Shown here: one piece after another, positions 27,856 to 37,522 of the stretch
How positions within the stretch are numbered: the stretch's first letter is position 1
Layout of the letters: every line of letters starts with the position of its first letter
Assembly: GCA_030611265.1 (NCBI GenBank)
Contig: JAUWQD010000016.1
Span: 1-51,178, forward strand
Direction: 5' to 3'
Source of the DNA: Methanosarcinaceae archaeon
GTDB taxonomy: Archaea; Halobacteriota; Methanosarcinia; Methanosarcinales; Methanosarcinaceae
DNA length: 51,178 bases
The notes under the pieces: model-generated
What the model saw: the letters and a program-made list of their open reading frames with translations, nothing else
The model's database searches: none
Told to the model about the DNA's origin: nothing
Translations under genes and position numbers: made by a program

Positions 27856-28275
27856 TTATTCTTCTTCGCTCCCTTCGTGTTCCGCTTCTTCGGCGACTTC
27901 AGATTTCTCTTCCTTCTTCCCCATCTTGCTCTTGATCGATCTGATCTTATCGATGACCTCCGGCACGGATTCTATGATCTTGCCAAAATCGGTCTTGCCG
28001 GATATTGTGAGCAGGCGTGCTTCGTCTTCAGAGACCACAATGAATGCGATCGGCTCGATCTTCGCACCCGCACCGCCTCCGCCGCCAAAGCCCGTTTCAC
28101 CTTTGTCGCCTTTTCCTTCTCCGCCGCCGCTTCCAAATCCAAAGGACACTTTTGTGACCGGAATTATCGTCTTACCGGCAGCTTCCACAGGTTCACCGAT
28201 GACGGTCTTTGTGGTTACCAATCGTTCAAGTTCGCCTGTCACTTCTTTAATTATGTTCTCTACGCTCATATTCAC
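27856..28275 (-). CDS. GerW/YtfJ-family protein
   Basis: VTKVSFGFGSGGGEG glycine-rich core typical of YtfJ/GerW. Acidic C-terminal tail. Confidence 0.6.
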   Translation of the reverse strand: MNMSVENIIKEVTGELERLVTTKTVIGEPVEAAGKTIIPVTKVSFGFGSGGGEGKGDKGETGFGGGGGAGAKIEPIAFIVVSEDEARLLTISGKTDFGKIIESVPEVIDKIRSIKSKMGKKEEKSEVAEEAEHEGSEEE

Positions 28276-28333
28276 TCACTCCCATAGTTTGATGTAGATA
28301 CTATAACTATGAGATTTGTTCAGTAAAAAAAGT

Positions 28334-28440
28334 AACCCTCAAAAGTGAGGGTTTTAAAATATATGTAACGAACACTTTTCCAAAGTGTTCAAACGATCAC
28401 TTCTACGAAATGATCTAACGGATACTTCTACGAAGTATCC
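28334..28440. promoter_or_regulatory. cluster of four hairpins or palindromes between two minus-strand genes
   Basis: 28334-28353 is an 8-bp stem followed by a U-tract on the minus strand, terminator-like. 28370-28390 is GAACACTTT-tcc-AAAGTGTTC. 28395-28415 is a weaker hairpin. 28420-28440 is GGATACTTC-tac-GAAGTATCC. ACTTCTACGAA(A/G)T occurs twice. Confidence 0.45.
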
Positions 28441-28540
28441 TAATCAAACGCCTTCTTAAAAGGCTCAAGTTTCTCATGCAACTGCGCGATCATATCGCTG
28501 ATATCGTTATGCAGTTCATCTTGATTGATCGTGGTTTAAT

Positions 28541-28951
28541 TTAATCAATATGCTGTTCTATTATATTTTTAACTTGTACTGGATTTTTAACATGAAGCCA
28601 AATGAATTCAAAACCTGATCCTGTTCCAGAAGTATCTATGATGATATTTCCAAAATTGAATATTTTGCCGATTATTCCTTGCTGAACTCTCATCGAAGTT
28701 ATATGCTTAAAGGTTGAAGATTTAAAGTCTTCGGAAACAATACCTGTCCTGCCAATCACTCTTTTATCGGTTATTGCATATTTCATTGATGATTTATTTA
28801 GATATATTATTCCTATGACAATTATCGGTATTATTATTGTCCATATTGTAATTATGGCTAAAACTAAACCCCAAAAAAATCCAAGCCATGAGGGACTTCC
28901 TGTATATAGGATGTTTTCATCTTTTTGAATATGATTATCTATTGTCCACAA
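28541..28951 (-). CDS. membrane-anchored bacterial-type PH domain (bPH_2/YdbS-like) protein
   Basis: Two TM helices followed by a roughly 80-aa PH-like domain (YAITDKRVIGRTGIVSEDF...). Confidence 0.5.
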   Translation of the reverse strand: MWTIDNHIQKDENILYTGSPSWLGFFWGLVLAIITIWTIIIPIIVIGIIYLNKSSMKYAITDKRVIGRTGIVSEDFKSSTFKHITSMRVQQGIIGKIFNFGNIIIDTSGTGSGFEFIWLHVKNPVQVKNIIEQHID

Positions 28952-29376
28952 TTTAAATCACCTTTTTTATTAATTCAAGCATTTTATCAATTTATTTAAT
29001 ATATTAACTATTTTATATACCTTTTTATCTTAACAGTACTTTCGAACATCTCAACTTTTTATTGATTAAACAATTTGTAATTCAACTAAAAAATCAGAAT
29101 ATTCAATGTGCAATTGGAAGTACTGGCATTGGCTATGGAAAAAAACGATTCAAGTATTACTCCATACGGTATGGTCCCATTTTTTAGTTATCTTTTAAGT
29201 GCAGATGTTAGATGAAAATCGATTTTTTAAAAAAAGAAAATACATGGATTTGTAGTTTTATCAGTACCTTGCATATTCATTAAAATAATGCAATTTTAGG
29301 AAAATACGCCGCTTGCGGCGGTTGTTGCATCGGTTTTAGTTTTCCATAAACAAATATGATAATTGTAATCCAACAC

Positions 29377-31557
29377 TCACTGTGCATTGTCCATAAAGAA
29401 ATTCATAAGCGAATACTTCACCTTGCCAGGTTCAACATCAACAAACTCCGCCCTCTCATCCTCAGGAAATACTCCAAAAACAGAAAATTTCCCGAACTTC
29501 TTCTTCGAATCTGTCGAAAACCGACCATCAAGAAGTATCCGCACTCCATAATCGTCAGGCGAGCGCACTACTCTTCCCATTGCCTGCCTTATCTTGCGGA
29601 TTGTCGGTATCTGTATCGCATAATCCCATCCAGCGCCGTACTCGAACACATGGTCGTAGGCGGATTCCACTGCATTCATCCTGTCATTTAGTGCGGGATA
29701 TCCCACACCCACGATGATAACTGTACGCCCTCGTCCGTCACGGTAATCCACACCCTCGCTCAGCGTTCCCCACAGATACGAAACGAGGACAGCCTTGCCG
29801 CCGCTCTCTCCTATCCTGAAGAACTCTTCCCTGACATTCTGTGCGGACACCCCGACTTCGTCAAGGAACACAGGAACATCAACCTCTTTTTCCAGTTTAT
29901 TGAAATATCGCCTCGCTTCAAACGAACTCTGGAAAAAAATGATAACATTCCCATTTGACTGTTCAACGGAATCGAACAGCACCTGCTCGATGGCTTCCTT
30001 TGTCTGCGAATCGTCTCGGTTCTTTGCGAACAGCGGCGGAATGGCTGCTGCGATAGTTAGCCGTTTTTCCTCTGGAAATGATGTGGGGTACGCAATCTCG
30101 CATGTCTCACGTGTGATCCCAAGCGTGGCTTTGATCATATTGAAAGGTCGCAGGGTCGCCGACATCAGGATTGCCGAGAACACGGAATCAAACAACGGCT
30201 CTGTGACATTTTTCGGAATACAGGTGAACAGTTCGACCCGTCCGTATACCTCGTTGTTCATATCCCGCCTGACATTGAGGATCGGGTAGTAATTGAGATC
30301 ATTGGAAAGCACAAGGTATGATGAGAGAAAATCGGCGGAATAGCGGATATGCGACTTTTTCAAAATCTTGCTCAATCCTTTTTTATACTGGTCACGGTAG
30401 ATCTCATCGAGTTTTGCACCAAACTCACTTGCATTTGTCAGGAGTTCCTGAATTTCCTTTTCCTCTCCAAACCCCTTTTCCTTTGCCTGACGTAAAAATC
30501 GTGCGCGTACTATGTCATTACGTTCATACGGGTCGCTTATTCGTATATCGTACCATCTTTTTCCGACACGCTCTTTCTCTCCGAATTTAAACCTTGTATT
30601 ATATGTAGTCTGTATAACTTCCAGCAGAATCCTGAACAGGTTGTGCACACCTCCATCAGGCATTTCATCGATGTTCGCTTCAAGTTCTGCGATCGATTTT
30701 TCAACCGTGTGCTCGGTGATCGTTATGGAAGAATGCGAACGTGCTGCGGATTCGATATTGTGCGCTTCGTCGAGTATCAGTATTACATCCTGCGGGTCCC
30801 TGTCAAGCCATCCAAGAAATGTTGAAAATATATCGGCATTCAGGACATGGTGGTAATTGCATATCACGAGGTCTGCGTGTTTGATCTCACGTTTCATTAA
30901 CTCGTAGCCGCACATTCCAAGATCGAATGCATAATCGTTGACCTCTTCGGGTGAGCGGACATCTGCGAACAGCCATTTGCGGAATGTTTCGCTGTCCGAG
31001 CGCAGGACTTCATATAGTTCGTTACATGCCCGGTCGCGTACAGTCTTTATTTTCTCCTGCGAGGCGTTTATTTCACTGTTAAGTGCATCCCGAAGTGCGA
31101 TAAGCGACGGGTCATGTGTTCTTTTAAAATTTTCATTGGCAGATTTAATTTCCTGTCCTTTGAGATGAAGTTCACGCTCGATCTCAATGAGTTCAAAAGT
31201 ATTCTCGCGCTTGAGGCTACACTCCTCATAATCAACCTCGAGCGGACACATTGTGCTCTTGCCTTTGACAACAGCCACTTTCACGTCATTGGTCTTTTTG
31301 ATATCATGCGCTTCGTTTATGAACTGCACCATCTGCTGGTGAACATTGGTAGCGATCACAACGGTCTTTTTCAACTGTTTTCCCACATGCAGGGCCGGTG
31401 CGAGTGCACTTAGCGTTTTGCCTGTACCGCACGCTCCCTCAAAAAGTATCATCTCTTTTCGAAGCAGTGCTGAATGGATCGTATCCATCGCTTCTTCCTG
31501 ATTAGGGTAGCATGCTTCCTTTGTGAAATATTTGAAGTATCCGCTGTTTTTGCTCAT
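29377..31557 (-). CDS. XPD/Rad3-family DNA helicase (FeS-containing SF2 helicase)
   Basis: Walker A GACGTGKT. DEAH box LILDEAHNI. Cys-rich insert. C-terminal helicase motifs. Confidence 0.8.
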   Translation of the reverse strand: MSKNSGYFKYFTKEACYPNQEEAMDTIHSALLRKEMILFEGACGTGKTLSALAPALHVGKQLKKTVVIATNVHQQMVQFINEAHDIKKTNDVKVAVVKGKSTMCPLEVDYEECSLKRENTFELIEIERELHLKGQEIKSANENFKRTHDPSLIALRDALNSEINASQEKIKTVRDRACNELYEVLRSDSETFRKWLFADVRSPEEVNDYAFDLGMCGYELMKREIKHADLVICNYHHVLNADIFSTFLGWLDRDPQDVILILDEAHNIESAARSHSSITITEHTVEKSIAELEANIDEMPDGGVHNLFRILLEVIQTTYNTRFKFGEKERVGKRWYDIRISDPYERNDIVRARFLRQAKEKGFGEEKEIQELLTNASEFGAKLDEIYRDQYKKGLSKILKKSHIRYSADFLSSYLVLSNDLNYYPILNVRRDMNNEVYGRVELFTCIPKNVTEPLFDSVFSAILMSATLRPFNMIKATLGITRETCEIAYPTSFPEEKRLTIAAAIPPLFAKNRDDSQTKEAIEQVLFDSVEQSNGNVIIFFQSSFEARRYFNKLEKEVDVPVFLDEVGVSAQNVREEFFRIGESGGKAVLVSYLWGTLSEGVDYRDGRGRTVIIVGVGYPALNDRMNAVESAYDHVFEYGAGWDYAIQIPTIRKIRQAMGRVVRSPDDYGVRILLDGRFSTDSKKKFGKFSVFGVFPEDERAEFVDVEPGKVKYSLMNFFMDNAQ

Positions 31558-31610
31558 TGCAATACCTATGGTTTACGGCTACTTAAACAATGTTGATTGT
31601 CGGTATTCGT

Positions 31611-32282
31611 TCACTCGGCAGGTTTGACGACTGCCGTACCTTCCGCGATTATACGCTGTGTGGTTTTGTCGAATATCTTGATTGTTACGGTTGTGCCGGA
31701 CTTGAAGCCGTAGTTGTTTGAAGTGTTTGAAATGCCGTTCACAGATACGAATACGGATGAAGCATCAGTTCCATTTATACTATCATCACCGTTCAGGATA
31801 AGTTGTTCTCCGGTTGACCACAGACCATCATCAAGCGCAGCAGAGTTTGTTTTTATATATTTTTCATTAATTTTACCACTATATGCAAGGTTGGTGTATT
31901 TTACATTTGTATCTCCATTTTCCATCCAAGAGCTAACTCCTGCAACACCTACAATACCGATATGTGATTCTCCCTCTCCAGAAAGCACGATCATTGTAGA
32001 ATCAACTGCAAGCGAATCTCCTCCTTTATGCCGCAATTTGATATTAATATTATGATAATGTACAGGATTTGGAACTCCGCCAACCATCCCTTCAATCTCA
32101 ATAACCGCAGTAGGTGTTTTTGCAAAAGCGTTGTTGATACGTTCAACTGCATCATCATTATATACAGCAGCGACTGTTGCGACTGCCAGCACAAATGTCA
32201 ATAATACGATAAGCACCGCTCCAAATATTGGTGCAACCGCATTGTCGCTATCTCTGAATGTTGGTTTGCGCATGACTTTCAT
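31611..32282 (-). CDS. archaeal type IV pilin-like protein (DUF1628-type N-terminus)
   Basis: Class III signal-like N-terminus RDSDNAVAPIFGAVLIVLLTFVLAVA, then a Ser/Thr/Asn-rich beta domain. Confidence 0.55.
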   Translation of the reverse strand: MKVMRKPTFRDSDNAVAPIFGAVLIVLLTFVLAVATVAAVYNDDAVERINNAFAKTPTAVIEIEGMVGGVPNPVHYHNINIKLRHKGGDSLAVDSTMIVLSGEGESHIGIVGVAGVSSWMENGDTNVKYTNLAYSGKINEKYIKTNSAALDDGLWSTGEQLILNGDDSINGTDASSVFVSVNGISNTSNNYGFKSGTTVTIKIFDKTTQRIIAEGTAVVKPAE

Positions 32283-32426
32283 GGATGCGTAATCAGCGAC
32301 TTTGTATAAAAATAATTCGAATTGTGCATTAAAAAAACCACCGTGCTACATGCTGCACAATCAACCACATCTGCCGCAATATGCTGAAAAAACCATCATG
32401 AACAAAAGTTTTAGTTTCAATAAACA

Positions 32427-32511
32427 TCGATAGGTTTTTATCTAATTCGCATAATGCTATATTGAAAATTTCGGTAGATAATTTCGGTAGAAATTATCGA
32501 TATTATATCGA
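32427..32511. promoter_or_regulatory. tandem 12-bp direct repeat (AATTTCGGTAGA x2) and ATCGATA/TATCGA palindromes upstream of the ferredoxin gene
   Basis: Direct repeats at 32467-32478 and 32480-32491. Inverted repeat TCGATA-tta-TATCGA at 32497-32511. Confidence 0.35.
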
Positions 32512-32541
32512 ATAACATAATTACAAAAGGAGAATCTAATA

Positions 32542-32718
32542 ATGGTAGCAAAAGTAAACGCAGATGAATGTGTCGGATGTGGAACATGTGTGGACGAATG
32601 TCCAGCAGAAGCAATCTCAATGAACGATAACGACATCGCTGTTATAAACGCAGATGAATGTACCGACTGTGGTGCATGTGTAGATGCATGCCCAACCGAA
32701 GCAATCACAATGGAATAA
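32542..32718 (+). CDS. 2x[4Fe-4S] ferredoxin
   Basis: 58-aa product with two CxxCxxCxxxCP motifs. AAAGGAG ribosome-binding site. Not in the ORF track because it is under 60 aa. Confidence 0.75.
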   Translation: MVAKVNADECVGCGTCVDECPAEAISMNDNDIAVINADECTDCGACVDACPTEAITME

Positions 32719-32779
32719 GATCCTTATTCCATTTTATTTCTATTTTTAGTATCCATTCTTTTCTTTTTTTGAGGTAGCT

Positions 32780-33811
32780 ATGGCAAAGCCAATCAGAGCA
32801 GGTATATTAGGCGCCACCGGCGCAGTCGGACAGCGATTCATTCAGGCATTGGATAATCATCCATGGTTTGAGATAACATCACTTGCAGCATCAGAACGAA
32901 GTGCAGGAAAAACATACGACAATGCCGCAAACTGGAGGCTGGAGATCCCACTTCCGCAAAGTATAGCAGAAATGGATGTCGTTCCAGTTGACCCAACAAA
33001 AGTGGATGCCGATGTCGTGTTCTCGGCACTGCCATCAGAGAATGCCATGACTGTGGAAGCAGAGTTTGCAAAAGCAGGATTTGCAGTAGCAAGCAATGCA
33101 GCAGCATACCGTATGGAAGAAGATGTTCCTCTCGTTGTACCTGAAGTGAACGCCGACCATCTTGGTATGGTCGAAGTGCAGCAGGACAATCGCGGATGGG
33201 ATGGTTATATCATCACAAACCCGAACTGTTCGACAATAATGATGGTCATGTCACTCAAACCCCTCATGCAATTCGGGCTTGATAATGTCACAGTTGCGAC
33301 CATGCAGGCAATTTCAGGCGCGGGGTATGATGGTGTATCCTCAATGGCAATTCTTGATAACATCGTTCCCTACATAGGCGGCGAAGAAGAAAAAATGGAG
33401 ATCGAACCACAAAAACTCCTCGGGGAATTCGATGGTGCACAATTCATAGACGCCGATCTCACTGTAAGTGCAGCATGTCACAGGGTGCCTGTAATGGACG
33501 GGCACACCGAAGCGATATGGGCTACCATGAGTGATGATCCAACGCCCGAAGATGTAAGAAATGCATTCCTCAATTTCAATCCGAATCTTGGCGACCTGCC
33601 AACCGAACCTGAACAGGCATTGATAGTCCATGATCAACCGGACCGACCACAACCACGTCTTGACAGGAATTTAGGCGAAGGTATGAGTGTAAGTGTAGGA
33701 CGAATTCGTGAAGGCATACGCTATGTCGCAATGGGCCACAACACCGTTAGGGGTGCAGCAGGTGCAAGCGTACTCAATGCAGAACTCCTTCACAAGATGG
33801 GTAAATTGTGA
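32780..33811 (+). CDS. asd: aspartate-semialdehyde dehydrogenase
   Basis: N-terminal GILGATGAVGQRF NAD(P)-binding motif. Catalytic-cysteine region NPNCSTI. 343 aa. Confidence 0.85.
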   Translation: MAKPIRAGILGATGAVGQRFIQALDNHPWFEITSLAASERSAGKTYDNAANWRLEIPLPQSIAEMDVVPVDPTKVDADVVFSALPSENAMTVEAEFAKAGFAVASNAAAYRMEEDVPLVVPEVNADHLGMVEVQQDNRGWDGYIITNPNCSTIMMVMSLKPLMQFGLDNVTVATMQAISGAGYDGVSSMAILDNIVPYIGGEEEKMEIEPQKLLGEFDGAQFIDADLTVSAACHRVPVMDGHTEAIWATMSDDPTPEDVRNAFLNFNPNLGDLPTEPEQALIVHDQPDRPQPRLDRNLGEGMSVSVGRIREGIRYVAMGHNTVRGAAGASVLNAELLHKMGKL

Positions 33812-34587
33812 ACAAGGATAATAATAATATGAGGCTTACTGCTCTGTTGTTTGTTCTATTAATCACAGTTACGCTTATGACAAATACAGCAGTAGCCCAA
33901 GCCCCAGCCACAACAGCACCAATTACTATCTTTGAATTGGTGCTAATACCTCTTGAAGAACTGGATGCTGATCCGGTAACTTACGACGGGACGGTAGCCT
34001 ATCGCAAGATCAGTGTCACAGGAACACTTTCTGAATTGAGTTCCAATCGTGGAAAAATTACCCAGGATTCACATTCCCTGTTAATCGACACCACCGAAGA
34101 ACAGTTGTTTGCAGGATTTAATGTGGGCGATGGGATTAAACTAACAGGTGTCTTTTATCATAAACAGATAGGTGATGATCTATTCATCCCAAACTATGTT
34201 TTACACTATCCGGTCGAGGATCTGGATGATGTCGAAATAAGTGAAATTGTACAAGATCAAGAATCGTTCAATGGAAAAAAGGTCACTGTTATGGGCAACC
34301 TTTCAAGTATTGAGGAATCCATGGGGCGATATGTTCTCTATGTTGCAGACCCTGAAACAGACGATGAACTGAAGATTATGTTCTATGGCGTCTCTGACCT
34401 TGAATCCGGTACAATTATCGAAGTTTCCGGTCTTTACAATGGCGGTATCCTGCACAGTGAGGATATGGGGAGATATTATCCTCCGATGTCCCTGAAAACA
34501 ATTATTCCCGGATTTTCAGGATTTGCGGCATTGGCAGTGTTTGTCATACTTACGATACTTTTTAAACGTGAAAACCATAATGGATAG
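33808..34587 (+). CDS. secreted protein with PGF-CTERM archaeosortase sorting signal
   Basis: Signal peptide. C-terminal IIPGFSGFAALAVFVILTILFKRE (PGF motif, TM helix, basic tail). ATGA overlap with asd. Confidence 0.6.
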   Translation: MNKDNNNMRLTALLFVLLITVTLMTNTAVAQAPATTAPITIFELVLIPLEELDADPVTYDGTVAYRKISVTGTLSELSSNRGKITQDSHSLLIDTTEEQLFAGFNVGDGIKLTGVFYHKQIGDDLFIPNYVLHYPVEDLDDVEISEIVQDQESFNGKKVTVMGNLSSIEESMGRYVLYVADPETDDELKIMFYGVSDLESGTIIEVSGLYNGGILHSEDMGRYYPPMSLKTIIPGFSGFAALAVFVILTILFKRENHNG

Positions 34588-34595
34588 AGATTATT

Positions 34596-35300
34596 ATGTT
34601 AGTGGTTATATCAGTAGGCGGATCAATTCTCGCCAAAGACTTAAACTCTGATCGTTTTATCTCTTATGCAAATGCGCTTGTTGCTCTTGCAAAAGAGCAC
34701 AGGTTAGTGGTTGTAACGGGTGGCGGCGTGGCTGCAAGAGATTATATCAACGTAGCTCGCAGTGTGGGTGCCAATGAGGTTGCATGTGATTTTATAGGGA
34801 TCGAAGTGACAAGATTGAATGCACAATTGCTAATCTCAGCACTTGGGGACAATGCATTCCCCGAACCTCCCCGAACATACAAGGAAGCCGAAGCTGCACT
34901 CACAAGCGGTAAGATCGTGGTCATGGGGGGCGTAATTCCTGGACAGACTACGGACGCAGTATCTGCAATACTGGCAGAGTATATGGGTGCAGATCTGATG
35001 ATAATAGCAACATCCGTGGATGGTGTATACTCCGCAGACCCGACAACGGATCCTGATGCTGTCAAGTTCGAAAAAATGACTGCAAAGGAACTGGTCAATA
35101 TTGTAATGTCAACTGAAATGAAGGCTGGCTCCAAATCCCCTGTTGACCCGCTCGCAGCAAAGATCATTGAACGATGTAAGATCGAGACAATTGTCATGGA
35201 CGGCAACGACCCTGTGGCAGTTTCAGAAGTAATCATGCAAGAAGGAGTTGAATCCGAACCGGTAACAGGCGTTCATCTTGGAACGCGCATTATCGGTTAG
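34596..35300 (+). CDS. pyrH: UMP kinase (archaeal type)
   Basis: VVISVGGSIL...VVVTGGG amino-acid-kinase-family motifs. 234 aa. Confidence 0.85.
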   Translation: MLVVISVGGSILAKDLNSDRFISYANALVALAKEHRLVVVTGGGVAARDYINVARSVGANEVACDFIGIEVTRLNAQLLISALGDNAFPEPPRTYKEAEAALTSGKIVVMGGVIPGQTTDAVSAILAEYMGADLMIIATSVDGVYSADPTTDPDAVKFEKMTAKELVNIVMSTEMKAGSKSPVDPLAAKIIERCKIETIVMDGNDPVAVSEVIMQEGVESEPVTGVHLGTRIIG

Positions 35301-35332
35301 ATCATATTTCATTTTATGCCTGAGGATAAAAC

Positions 35333-36397
35333 ATGAAACATAAAACACGTCTTATAAGTCTTCTCACTTTGTCAATTCTTTTACTAACAACATCTGCCGT
35401 TGGTGCATCTCCAATGGATGTGCAGGTCACTGATATTTTCTCTGACGAAAAACTGTGCGATGCAACTATTCATTTCAACGAACCAACAGACAATGTTGAG
35501 TTGGTGTTTGAAATGCTATATCGCGGGGATGTTGTAGAATCGAGAACAGTAAAGTTAGATTCCGTATCTGCGGGAGGCACAACAAAGATGATTTTGTGGG
35601 AAAATGAACTGCAAGAGAAGTCATACACAGCAAACGTGAGTGTGTACAACAGCGACAAACTTCTCACACGTGATTCGTACCAATTTACTCACAACACTGT
35701 GGCAATGCCCAGATTCAAGATCGTGGATTTCAGTGCAGACAGTTCAAAATCATCAATATTGGTAAGTCCGGGAAGTGTAACCAATCCCGGTGTTGCGGAC
35801 ATTGATATTAAATTGTTCAAAAGCAGTGACCTTGTATACAGCGAAACTACCAATAATGTGGCAATACTGGCAACAAAAATTATTGATACAAACTGGCCGA
35901 TATTGTTGCAAAGCGGTTCCGATTACACTGCTGTTGCAAGGGTTTACTCACACGACCCTGAAATTACCACTGCGTACATGTCAAGATTCACTGCATTGGA
36001 AAACGTTGAGATAATTGATGCTGATATTGAATTGGATGAGTACGGTGCAAGCATCACGATAATCGGGATGTCGCAGGTTCCATTCGAAGGCACTGTGCGC
36101 ATTGTTTTATCAGGCAACGACGATCCAATTGTCTTTGAAGAAGATACAGAGATATTGACAATTGACAGAGAAGACACGGTAGGCATTATGTGGGATGGTA
36201 TGCCTGGTGGGGATTACAATATCAATGTTGATATTTTGACTTCAAAAGGCGTTGTACTTGATAGTTATGAAACCGTAATCCGTATGCCTGAGCCGTTTGT
36301 TGTAGGGATTGAACCGGAAAAGGAAACACCCGGCTTTGGCATCATTGGAGGACTGGCAGTCCTGATCACTGTTGGTTTATTTCTTCGCCGCAAGTAG
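35333..36397 (+). CDS. secreted protein with PGF-CTERM sorting signal
   Basis: Signal peptide. C-terminal ETPGFGIIGGLAVLITVGLFLRRK. Confidence 0.6.
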   Translation: MKHKTRLISLLTLSILLLTTSAVGASPMDVQVTDIFSDEKLCDATIHFNEPTDNVELVFEMLYRGDVVESRTVKLDSVSAGGTTKMILWENELQEKSYTANVSVYNSDKLLTRDSYQFTHNTVAMPRFKIVDFSADSSKSSILVSPGSVTNPGVADIDIKLFKSSDLVYSETTNNVAILATKIIDTNWPILLQSGSDYTAVARVYSHDPEITTAYMSRFTALENVEIIDADIELDEYGASITIIGMSQVPFEGTVRIVLSGNDDPIVFEEDTEILTIDREDTVGIMWDGMPGGDYNINVDILTSKGVVLDSYETVIRMPEPFVVGIEPEKETPGFGIIGGLAVLITVGLFLRRK

Positions 36398-36406
36398 GGG
36401 AATTGG

Positions 36407-37522
36407 ATGCTTGACATAATTATTCGCAATGCTACCCAGCGAAAAGTTAGAACAGGGCTTACAATTACAGGTATAGCACTTGGCATCTTCGCACTGGTGG
36501 TAATGGGTGCGATGTCAGAGAATTTCAATCAGACATTTGAAAAGTCCATGAGTCTTACGAGTGAGTCGATACGTGTTTTTCCTGAGATCGGGATGTTTGG
36601 GGGAGGTTTGACCACCGGTAAGGTTGCTGAGGTAAAACGGGTGCCGGGTGTCAGGGATGCGTATGGTTTGATAATGACATCGTTTGAGGAAGGTCATGGT
36701 TCGATGGGCGGGAAGCAGGTTATGGGAGTTCCACCTGAAAAATCCAAATTGGCTGTGAATCCTGTAAAACTTCAATCAGGAAGATTTTTGCAGCCCGGAG
36801 ATAAGTATCTCACAGTGGTGGGTACAAGCATAGCAGGCGAGTTCGATCTGCAGGTCGGCAGCAAGATCGAGATCCATGATAAGAATTTCACGGTTGTTGG
36901 GATACTGGAATATACCGGTTCATTTTTCGATAGTGTTGCAACAATACCGCTTGAAACTGCACAAGACCTTTATAATTTTGACAATTCGATCTCATATATA
37001 TTCGCGATTGCACAGGATGGTGTTGATGAGGATCTGCTTGCAAAGCGTATCGAATTCAGTGTGAAAGGTACAAGTACAATTTCACCAAGCGAACTGCGTG
37101 AACAGGCAAGCCAATCACTTTTGATCTTCAGTGTTATTACTATCAGTTCAGCCCTTCTTGCAGCGATCATTGGCGGGTTGAGTGTTATGAACACGATGCT
37201 CATGTCTGTTATTGAGAGGACGAGGGAGTTCGGTATACTAAAGGCAATGGGTGCCGAAACAAAAGATATCCTTCTAATGACGCTGGGCGAAGCGGCAATT
37301 ATGGGAGTTGCAGGCGGATTGTTCGGGATTGGTCTTGGCAGTGCATTGACCTATGCACTGAACAGTTGGCTATTGACAAAAGGTATTATCCTTTTCCTGA
37401 TAACGCCGCGTTTGATCGTGGTTGCGATGTTGTTTGCTACATTGATCGGAATGGTATCCGGTTTGTACCCTGCCTACCGTGCCGCGAAGATGAGTCCAAT
37501 GGAGGCGCTACGCCATGGATGA
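36407..37522 (+). CDS. ABC transporter permease, FtsX/MacB-like (DUF214)
   Basis: N-terminal TM helix, large extracytoplasmic domain, then three C-terminal TM helices. Confidence 0.75.
   Translation: MLDIIIRNATQRKVRTGLTITGIALGIFALVVMGAMSENFNQTFEKSMSLTSESIRVFPEIGMFGGGLTTGKVAEVKRVPGVRDAYGLIMTSFEEGHGSMGGKQVMGVPPEKSKLAVNPVKLQSGRFLQPGDKYLTVVGTSIAGEFDLQVGSKIEIHDKNFTVVGILEYTGSFFDSVATIPLETAQDLYNFDNSISYIFAIAQDGVDEDLLAKRIEFSVKGTSTISPSELREQASQSLLIFSVITISSALLAAIIGGLSVMNTMLMSVIERTREFGILKAMGAETKDILLMTLGEAAIMGVAGGLFGIGLGSALTYALNSWLLTKGIILFLITPRLIVVAMLFATLIGMVSGLYPAYRAAKMSPMEALRHG

Noticed and set aside
32457-32708. 83-aa minus-strand ORF rich in His, antisense to the ferredoxin gene
   Set aside because: It is the mirror reading of the Cys-codon-rich ferredoxin ORF. 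The plus-strand gene has a strong ribosome-binding site and perfect 2x[4Fe-4S] motifs.
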